Assembly (NCBI GenBank): GCA_046726415.1
Contig: JBKPAK010000109.1
Location: forward strand, 1-14,640
Reading direction: 5' to 3'
Origin: Candidatus Methylomirabilota bacterium
GTDB lineage: Bacteria; Methylomirabilota; Methylomirabilia; Rokubacteriales; CSP1-6
DNA: 14,640 nucleotides
Shown here in pieces: positions 8,334 to 14,640 of this stretch. Within the stretch, counting starts at the first letter, position 1; each line of letters opens with the position of its first letter. The position numbers were made by a program, and so were the translations under genes. Below the pieces are notes generated by a model. That model saw nothing but the letters and a program-made list of their open reading frames with translations. It had not been told where the DNA came from and did no database searches.

Positions 8334-9351
8334 GCAGCGTGGCCGGCGCGATGCGCAGGATACGGTGGTGGGCGGTCTCCGCCAGGTACACCGCTCCCGA
8401 GCCGTCGATGGCCAGGCCGTTGGGATCACCGAGGTCCCAGGCGATGGTCGTGATGGCACCGCCCGGCGAGATGCTCAGTAACCGCCGAATGTGGAACCCG
8501 GTGCTCACCACCACCGTGCCGTCCGGCGCTACGGTCATGTTTGCGCGGTGATAGTGGCCAGAACCCAGCCGGGCCAGGAGATGGAGCTGGCCGTCCGGGG
8601 TTAGTCGCGTCACCTGGCCGAGCGAGTCGAGCAGCACGATGTCGCCGTTGGGGCTGGCCGCGACGGCCACGAAGCGGAGTAGCGGGGGAGACTCGCCCCG
8701 CGGCCAGCCGCGCGGAAAAAACGGCGCGCCGAGATCGAGCCGCCGTGGAAGTGACCGCTCCTCGCGGAGATCGAGGCGAAACACCAGCGGTCCCTGGTAG
8801 CCCTCCTCGGCGAGCCAGTCCAGCGCTGGCGGGGGTCGGCTCTCGGAGCGGAGCTGCGTCTCCGTGCTGACGAAGTCGACCGCAACCAGCCGCCCGTCGC
8901 CGTCGAACGCGATCCCACTGCCTCCGACCAGGTGGTATAGCCCCACGGCGAGTGGCGCCAGCCTACCCTCATCGGTGAGCCGATAGATCCGATTCCCATT
9001 CTCCTCCCCGAGGACGACATCTCCCGTTCGGGGGTTGATGGCGAGGCTTCCCAGCGCCGTCTTTCGGGCTTCTTCGAGGAATGGGACGATGAAGCGAGGC
9101 AGTTGCTTTCCCTCGATCGGGATCTGGCCGCTCAGGTCCACCATCGCGATCTCTGCCGCCGCGTCCCCGCGCAAGCCCGGGCTCAGCACGACCAGCGACC
9201 CTCTGGGGCTGAGCGCGAGCTGAAGAGGCCGAGAGATACCGGTCACGACAACCTCGGCAACCATGCCCGGGCCAACGGAGACGGCAGCCGCGGAGGCGCC
9301 GAACAGGCCGGCCAGAACCAGGCCGATGAGGGCAGCGAGGAAGCGCGCCAT
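8305..9351 (-). CDS. Secreted NHL-like/six-bladed beta-propeller protein
   Basis: Signal peptide MARFLAALIGLVLAGLFGASAAA and about six blade repeats, e.g. GSGIAFDGDGRLVAVD, NMTVAPDGTVVVS and DPNGLAIDGSGAVYLAETAHHRILRI. Confidence 0.75.
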   Translation of the reverse strand: MARFLAALIGLVLAGLFGASAAAVSVGPGMVAEVVVTGISRPLQLALSPRGSLVVLSPGLRGDAAAEIAMVDLSGQIPIEGKQLPRFIVPFLEEARKTALGSLAINPRTGDVVLGEENGNRIYRLTDEGRLAPLAVGLYHLVGGSGIAFDGDGRLVAVDFVSTETQLRSESRPPPALDWLAEEGYQGPLVFRLDLREERSLPRRLDLGAPFFPRGWPRGESPPLLRFVAVAASPNGDIVLLDSLGQVTRLTPDGQLHLLARLGSGHYHRANMTVAPDGTVVVSTGFHIRRLLSISPGGAITTIAWDLGDPNGLAIDGSGAVYLAETAHHRILRIAPATLLRPLLPSPP

Positions 9352-9394
9352 TACCGATCACGCCAAGGACAACGCGGCGAACACGAACTCATTC

Positions 9395-9424
9395 TTGACA
9401 CGCCGAAACAGCCGGTGCTAGGGT
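9395..9424 (+). promoter_or_regulatory. sigma70-type promoter candidate for cupin gene
   Basis: TTGACA 9395-9400, 18-nt spacer, TGC-TAGGGT with the -10 at 9419-9424. Confidence 0.6.
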
Positions 9425-9482
9425 CGCGCACAATCGCGGGCCCATCGCGGCTGAGGTCGACTTCTCAACGAGGAGTGAACCG

Positions 9483-9938
9483 ATGACCATCACGCGCGCT
9501 CTCGTCCTCGCTGTGGTGCTGCTGGCCAACCCCGCCCTCACCCTCGTGCACGCCCAAGACGCCAAACCAGCGGAACCGAAGGGGATCAAGACCAAGGAGC
9601 TCGTGACCTCGCTCGGCGGCTTCAGCGCCACGGTGAACGCGCCCCTTCTCCTGACTGGGGCCACCGTCGACTTGGAGCCGGCTGGCCAGACCGGCCGTCA
9701 GCAGTTCCGCGTTCCGACTTACATCTATGTCATCGAAGGCGTGCTCACCACCGAGTACGAGGCCGGGCCCGTGGGAATCAAGGGTGCGCAGTACCACGCC
9801 GCGGGACAGTCGTTCATGGACAACGGCGGGTGGTGGCACAATCACACGAACCGTACCACCAAGCCGGTGAAGTACCTGATCCTCCACATTGGCTACCCGG
9901 GGCGGCCCGACCCTGTGCAGAAGTCCGAACCCGAGTAA
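9483..9938 (+). CDS. Secreted cupin-domain protein (degenerate metal site)
   Basis: GAGGAG SD, signal peptide ending VHA|Q, cupin motifs LEPAGQTGRQQFRVPTYIYVIEG and AGQSFMDNGGWWHNHTN. Confidence 0.8.
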   Translation: MTITRALVLAVVLLANPALTLVHAQDAKPAEPKGIKTKELVTSLGGFSATVNAPLLLTGATVDLEPAGQTGRQQFRVPTYIYVIEGVLTTEYEAGPVGIKGAQYHAAGQSFMDNGGWWHNHTNRTTKPVKYLILHIGYPGRPDPVQKSEPE

Positions 9939-9957
9939 TCCACTCCCACACCTCATT

Positions 9958-9991
9958 CCGGGGACCGGTGGCCATCGGCGGCGGTCCCCGG
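9958..9991. terminator. Hairpin between convergent genes (putative bidirectional terminator)
   Basis: CCGGGGACCG 9958-9967 pairs perfectly with CGGTCCCCGG 9982-9991 and lies between two converging stop codons. No clear U-tract. Confidence 0.5.
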
Positions 9992-9999
9992 CTCCGGCG

Positions 10000-10857
10000 C
10001 TACTTGCCGACGCCGCCGGTGATGCCCTGGATGAACCGGTCCAGGAAGAAGTTGTAGAGCAAGGCCACCGGCAGCCCCACCATCAACGCGGCCGCCATCA
10101 GCGAGCCCCAGAAGAATACGTCCCCCCGGATCAACTCGGTGGGGACCCCTACGGGCACCGGCTTCTGGTCACCGGCCGAGACGAAGGCCAGGCCGTACAG
10201 AAAGTCCTGCATCGAGAGGGTAAAGGCGAAGATCACCGCCGTGAGGATCCCCGGGATACTCACGGGAAGCACGACCCGCATGAGCGCGCCGAAGTACCCG
10301 CACCCGTCCACTCTCGCCGCTTCCTCCATCTCCATGGGCACCGTCTTGAAAAAGCCCATAAGGAGCCAGGTGCAGAAGGGAATGGTGAAGGTCGGATAGA
10401 CCACCACGAGCGCCCACCAGTTGTCCTGTAGCCCCAGCATGGCAACGACCCGCGACAGGGGGAGAAAGAGAATGATGGCCGGAACCAGATAGGTCATGAA
10501 CACCGCGATCCCGAGGTTCTCCGAACCGGGGATGCGCAGCCGCGCCAACGCGTATCCGGCGGGCACCGCGGTGAGGAGCGTGATCACGGCCACCCAGACC
10601 GAGATGGACATGGTGTTGATGATCCAGGCGCCGTAGTTGGTGCTGACGAACAGGTACGTGAAGTGCTTGAAGGTCGGCGCCATGTGGAACCACAGGGGAA
10701 AAATGTCCATCCGATAGAGATCGGGTTCCTGCTTGAAAGCCGTGATGACCATCCAGTAGATGGGGAAGATGGCGATGATGATGTAGGGGGTGAGGGCTCC
10801 GTAGATCCAGAGGTGACGCCGGATCTCCTTCTGGCGCTGGGTCTGGACGGTCGCCAT
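10000..10857 (-). CDS. Carbohydrate-family ABC permease, MalG/UgpE-like
   Basis: FPIYWM, AGYALARL, VPMEMEEAARVDGC and FIQGITGGVGK. Confidence 0.92.
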   Translation of the reverse strand: MATVQTQRQKEIRRHLWIYGALTPYIIIAIFPIYWMVITAFKQEPDLYRMDIFPLWFHMAPTFKHFTYLFVSTNYGAWIINTMSISVWVAVITLLTAVPAGYALARLRIPGSENLGIAVFMTYLVPAIILFLPLSRVVAMLGLQDNWWALVVVYPTFTIPFCTWLLMGFFKTVPMEMEEAARVDGCGYFGALMRVVLPVSIPGILTAVIFAFTLSMQDFLYGLAFVSAGDQKPVPVGVPTELIRGDVFFWGSLMAAALMVGLPVALLYNFFLDRFIQGITGGVGK

Positions 10858-10861
10858 GGGG

Positions 10862-11845
10862 CTAGTACTCTCTGCGCTTGAGGTTTCGCAGGAGCAGGAT
10901 CATCAGCGGCAGCAGCAGGGGGAAGAGGAAGAGTGAGATCGCCGCGCCACGGCCAAGCGCTCCCGCCTGGATGCCGATCTGATAGGCGAGCACGGGCAGG
11001 ATCTTCGTCGCGTTGGCGGGGCCGCCCTGGGTGAGCAGGTAGACGATGGAAAGATCGGACAGCGTAAACACCGTGTCGAACAGAAATCCAATGAGGAGGA
11101 TCGGGGCGATCATCGGTACCACCACGTAGCGGAACCGCTGGAAGAAGGTGGTCCCGTCGACCCGGGCGGCATCCAGCACCTCGGTGGGGACCGAGGTGAA
11201 ACCGGCCAGCAACACGATGGCCGAGAAAGGATACGTGCGCCAGACGTTGACAATGATGCAGGCGGCCAGCGCCAGGTAGGGCTGGCCAAGCCATATGGGC
11301 CAGTCCGGTGAGCCATAGCCGCCGATGACCCCGATCCGGCTCAGGAACCAGTTGATGACGCTGAACTGAGAGTCGTACATCCACTTCCACGACAGCACGC
11401 TGATGGCGATGGGGAGCGTGAAGGGGATGACGACCAGACCCCGTACGATCTTCTTACCCCGGAAAGGCTGAAGCAAGAGGAAGGCGAGCGAGGTGCCGAG
11501 GATGCCCTTGAGGACGGCGGCGACCATGGTGAATAGGATGCTGTTGCGGAGCGCGATGTAGAAGACGTCGCTCTCGAGGGCAGCCCGGAAGTTCTCGAGG
11601 CCCGTGAAACTGGCCACGGGATCACCGACGTTGGCGTCGCTCAGCGCCAGGTAGAGCGAAAACAGGAACGGCGCCCCGACCAGGAGGAGGACGTAGAGAA
11701 CAGCCGGAGCGAGCAACAGGTATCCGAAGCTGAGCCGCCGCGATGTCTCGCTCCGGAACCACCCGCGAGGCCGGACTGCGACAGAAGCGGCGGCGGCCCA
11801 GGCGCTCGTCGCGTCCGAGCCGCCGCCCGACGGACTTGCCGTCAT
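10862..11845 (-). CDS. Carbohydrate-family ABC permease, MalF/UgpA-like
   Basis: Likely start ATG 11845, overlapping the SBP stop (ATGA). Motifs FTGLENF, VLDAARVDGTTFFQRF and LTQGGPANAT. Confidence 0.9.
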   Translation of the reverse strand: MTASPSGGGSDATSAWAAAASVAVRPRGWFRSETSRRLSFGYLLLAPAVLYVLLLVGAPFLFSLYLALSDANVGDPVASFTGLENFRAALESDVFYIALRNSILFTMVAAVLKGILGTSLAFLLLQPFRGKKIVRGLVVIPFTLPIAISVLSWKWMYDSQFSVINWFLSRIGVIGGYGSPDWPIWLGQPYLALAACIIVNVWRTYPFSAIVLLAGFTSVPTEVLDAARVDGTTFFQRFRYVVVPMIAPILLIGFLFDTVFTLSDLSIVYLLTQGGPANATKILPVLAYQIGIQAGALGRGAAISLFLFPLLLPLMILLLRNLKRREY

Positions 11846-13176
11846 GCGTGCTTGTGCTTGGCGTATATGCGCTTGTACTCGCCCACCCCCCACTTGATGG
11901 CTTCTTCCATGTTTTGCCCGCGGGCGACGCGGGTGACCATGTCGGGGAAGACAAATGTGTTGACGATCTCTTGGATGGGCGTCGTCGATGGCCCGGGATT
12001 GCCATAGAACGCGACGATCTTCGGGAAGTCCTGGAGAATTTGGAGTTTGGGATCGGTCCCGATCACGGGCATCGGCTTCTTGTAACGATCGTTGAGGTAC
12101 GGCATGTTGTAGCCGCGGCTCTGGACCATGCCCTCCAGATCGTTGTCGATCAAGTAGGCCAGCCACTCCTTCGCGGCCTGCTGGTTTTTCGAGAACTTCC
12201 AGACCATCCAGACGTTCGGGGCCGCCACGCTGACCCGCTTGCCCGGCACGCCTTGGGGCTCGAGGGCCAAGACCACGTTCTTGAATACGTCGGGGTTCGT
12301 GTCTTCCGTGGTGCGGTACGCGGAGATCGCGTCGTGGATCCAGCACGCGATACCCGAGGCGAGGAAACGGTTGTCGGAGGCGTCGTCCCAGGAGAACACC
12401 TCGGGAGTCATGCCCTCGTCGAAGAGCGCCTTGGCGAAGCGCAGGAACTCCCGCAACTCCTTGGAGTCGAGGGTGGGATTCTCCCCCGAGGGATCTGCCT
12501 CCGTTCCGCCGAAGCTGAAGAACATCGATCGCCAAAAGAGGTTCGCGTCGGCGCATTGGGACAAGGCGATGCCGGTGGGATGCCCTTTGGGCTTCATGGT
12601 CCGCCCCGCCACTCGAGCCAGCTCCCAGGTGTCGGGGGCTTTCAGGTTGTTCTGGTCGAAGAGATCCTTCCGGTAGAGCATCGGCGCCAAGATGTAGAAG
12701 ATCGGAAGGCCGTACCAGCGTCCCTCCACCTCGACGAGGGAGCGCGCCGCGGGAATCCAGCCACCGTACTTCTTGCCGGCCGCGTCGGCCACGTCGCTGA
12801 GGTCGACGAGGTTTTTGTAGTAGAGCCGGGTGAGGATGGACGAGCCGTTGTAGATGATGTCGTGACCGGACCCGGCCGCGAACTCGGCGGCCATCCGAGC
12901 CGGGATCTCGAGGTGGGGAATGTGGTCGACCCGGACTTTCACCCCGTTCTTGTCGCCCCACTCCTTGGCAAACTTGTCGTACCAGACGTCGTAGGCGGGG
13001 ATGAAGTGACTCCACTGTAGGATGCGGAGGGTCGTGCCCTTGATCTGGGCGGGAGCTTGCCGGGCGTCGAGCATGGCCAGCAGGGCGCCCCCGGTCATTC
13101 CGCCCCCAGCGACCTGGAGGAAATGGCGGCGGTCGATGCTCAGGCGGTTACTCCGAACGGGTCGTACGTCGCTCAT
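11842..13176 (-). CDS. ABC transporter extracellular solute-binding protein (CUT1-like), Tat signal
   Basis: AAGGAGGGG SD before ATG 13176, twin-arginine DRRHFLQ, APA|Q cleavage site, LYRKDLF, APDTWE and WDDASDNRF. Confidence 0.9.
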   Translation of the reverse strand: MSDVRPVRSNRLSIDRRHFLQVAGGGMTGGALLAMLDARQAPAQIKGTTLRILQWSHFIPAYDVWYDKFAKEWGDKNGVKVRVDHIPHLEIPARMAAEFAAGSGHDIIYNGSSILTRLYYKNLVDLSDVADAAGKKYGGWIPAARSLVEVEGRWYGLPIFYILAPMLYRKDLFDQNNLKAPDTWELARVAGRTMKPKGHPTGIALSQCADANLFWRSMFFSFGGTEADPSGENPTLDSKELREFLRFAKALFDEGMTPEVFSWDDASDNRFLASGIACWIHDAISAYRTTEDTNPDVFKNVVLALEPQGVPGKRVSVAAPNVWMVWKFSKNQQAAKEWLAYLIDNDLEGMVQSRGYNMPYLNDRYKKPMPVIGTDPKLQILQDFPKIVAFYGNPGPSTTPIQEIVNTFVFPDMVTRVARGQNMEEAIKWGVGEYKRIYAKHKHA

Positions 13177-13276
13177 GCGAAGCCCCTCCTTGCGTGTGTG
13201 CCCACGTCCCGGCGGTGGGCGGGGCCCAGCCACCGTGCTGTCTGGAGAGACGCCAAAGGTCGGAGAAAGGTTAGTC

Positions 13277-13306
13277 CCTTTATGCTCCTGGCCCGCCCTT
13301 TGTCAA
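13277..13306 (-). promoter_or_regulatory. Promoter candidate for ABC operon 2
   Basis: TTGACA on the minus strand (13306-13301). Only a weak -10 (TAAAGG) at 18-nt spacing. Confidence 0.35.
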
Positions 13307-13385
13307 GCGCTTTGTCAGCGTTTTGCCACCCGCCCCTCTTGGAATCCGGCCCGTGCCGCACTTTCCGACGATCGTCGCCAACCGC

Positions 13386-13415
13386 TTGACACCCCTGACA
13401 GCGGTCGCCTAGACT
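13386..13415 (+). promoter_or_regulatory. sigma70-type promoter candidate for ATPase gene
   Basis: TTGACA 13386-13391, 18-nt spacer, TAGACT 13410-13415. Confidence 0.65.
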
Positions 13416-13494
13416 CCGGCAATTGTTGTGCGCAGGTCCGAGTCCGACCGGGGCGTTGCCGCCCTGCGTCAAACCCGCGTGAGGAGATGGTTCG

Positions 13495-14586
13495 ATGGCG
13501 CAGGTCCTGATGAAAGACCTCAACAAGAAGTACGACGAGGTTCACGCCGTCAAGGACGTCAACCTCCACATCCGCGACAAGGAATTCATGGTGCTGGTCG
13601 GACCCTCGGGCTGTGGCAAGTCGACGACCTTGCGCATGGTGGCGGGGTTGGAGGAGATCTCCTCGGGCCAGATCGTCATCGGCGAACGCGTGGTGAACGA
13701 TCTCCCGCCCAAGGACCGCGACATCGCCATGGTCTTTCAGAACTACGCTCTCTATCCGCACATGACCGTCTACGACAACATGGCATTCGGGCTGAAGATG
13801 CGAAAGTTCGCCAAGGTGGAGATCGAGAAGCGCGTGAAAGAGGCCGCGGAGATCCTGGGCATCCAGGAGCTGCTCAAGCGCAAGCCGCGCCAGCTCTCCG
13901 GTGGACAGCGACAGCGGGTCGCCGTAGGCCGGGCCATCGTGCGCCACCCCCAGGTCTTCCTCTTCGACGAGCCCCTGTCCAATCTCGACGCCAAGCTGCG
14001 GGTCCAGATGCGCGTGGAGCTGAAGCGCTTGCACGACCGCTTGGAAACGACCGCCATCTATGTCACCCACGACCAGGTCGAGGCGATGACGCTCGGGGAC
14101 CGCGTGGTCGTCATGAAGGACGGGTGGATTCAGCAGGTTGGCGAGCCGCTCGAGCTGTACGGGCGGCCGGCCAATAAGTTCGTGGCCGGCTTCATCGGCT
14201 CGCCCGCCATGAACTTTGCCGACGTGACCATCGCCGAATCCAATGGCGACGTTTGGGCCGAGAACCCGGGCTTACGCGTGAAGATCCCGGCCGATCGAGC
14301 GGCTCAGCTCCGGCCGTACAAGGGCCAGGCGATCACTCTCGGACTGCGGCCCGAGGATCTTCACGTCAGTTCCGGGGCTGATGCGCCCGGCACGTCATTC
14401 GAAGCGCTGGTGGACGTGGTCGAGCCGCTCGGCTCCGAAATTCTGCTAGACTTGCGAGTTGGCACAAACGCGATGGTTGCGCGGGTCGACCCGACGGTAC
14501 GCGTGAAGGTACACGAGACGATGAAAATCGCGCTCGAGCCGGACCGCATCCACTTCTTCGACCTGAAGACGGAAGCGGCAATCTGA
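13495..14586 (+). CDS. ABC transporter ATP-binding protein, MalK/UgpC/MsmX family
   Basis: Walker A GPSGCGKS, Q-loop VFQNYALYPHM, signature LSGGQRQR, Walker B FLFDEP, H-loop YVTHDQ, C-terminal FIGSP/LRPEDL/VVEPLG OB-type domain and GAGGAG SD. Confidence 0.96.
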   Translation: MAQVLMKDLNKKYDEVHAVKDVNLHIRDKEFMVLVGPSGCGKSTTLRMVAGLEEISSGQIVIGERVVNDLPPKDRDIAMVFQNYALYPHMTVYDNMAFGLKMRKFAKVEIEKRVKEAAEILGIQELLKRKPRQLSGGQRQRVAVGRAIVRHPQVFLFDEPLSNLDAKLRVQMRVELKRLHDRLETTAIYVTHDQVEAMTLGDRVVVMKDGWIQQVGEPLELYGRPANKFVAGFIGSPAMNFADVTIAESNGDVWAENPGLRVKIPADRAAQLRPYKGQAITLGLRPEDLHVSSGADAPGTSFEALVDVVEPLGSEILLDLRVGTNAMVARVDPTVRVKVHETMKIALEPDRIHFFDLKTEAAI

Positions 14587-14593
14587 CATCGAG

Positions 14594-14618
14594 TTGGAGG
14601 GGGCGAGACCCCCTCCAA
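14594..14618. repeat. Perfect 10-bp hairpin after ATPase stop (terminator or REP-like element)
   Basis: TTGGAGGGGG-cgaga-CCCCCTCCAA, followed by a further CCTCCCCC. No U-tract. Confidence 0.6.
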
Positions 14619-14640
14619 ACCTCCCCCAGCTCACGCGGCG

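Noticed and set aside
11846..13015. Apparent 717-aa permease with long N-terminal extension (possible SBP-permease fusion or frameshift)
   Set aside because: The extension is an off-frame reading of the SBP gene. A clean ATGA stop/start overlap at 11842-11845 explains both genes.
13487..13510. Out-of-frame mini-ORF MVRWRRS overlapping the ATPase start
   Set aside because: Its ATG directly abuts the GAGGAG SD. Spacing favours ATG 13495.
13495..14586. Specific assignment as ugpC (glycerol-3-phosphate) or malK (maltose)
   Set aside because: CUT1 ATPases are too conserved to give the substrate, and no ugpQ or mal catabolic genes are adjacent.
1..14640. CRISPR array, tRNA/rRNA, transposase/integrase or defence system
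   Set aside because: No spaced repeat array, RNA gene signature or relevant protein motif was seen, and intergenic gaps are short.

Overview
High-GC bacterial DNA, probably from a diderm since it carries kdsB, and densely coding. The left end has an LLM (luciferase-like, possibly F420-dependent) oxidoreductase translationally coupled to kdsB, then an MFS transporter. The remaining ~11 kb is a CUT1/carbohydrate-family ABC importer cluster with unusual stoichiometry: two paralogous Tat-exported solute-binding proteins (SBPs, both 444 aa), three MalF/MalG-like permease pairs and only one MalK/UgpC-type ATPase inside the window. The ATPase is transcribed divergently from its own promoter. The third permease pair has no SBP of its own, and one subunit has a degenerate EAA coupling loop. 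Between the two convergent ABC operons sit two divergently transcribed, signal-peptide-bearing proteins: an NHL-like beta-propeller and a cupin lacking the canonical HxH metal ligands. Several TTGACA-N18 promoter candidates, short direct repeats and GC-rich hairpins are visible. I saw no rRNA, tRNA, CRISPR array or transposase. The gene content resembles Candidatus Rokubacteria/Methylomirabilota, but that is inference only.
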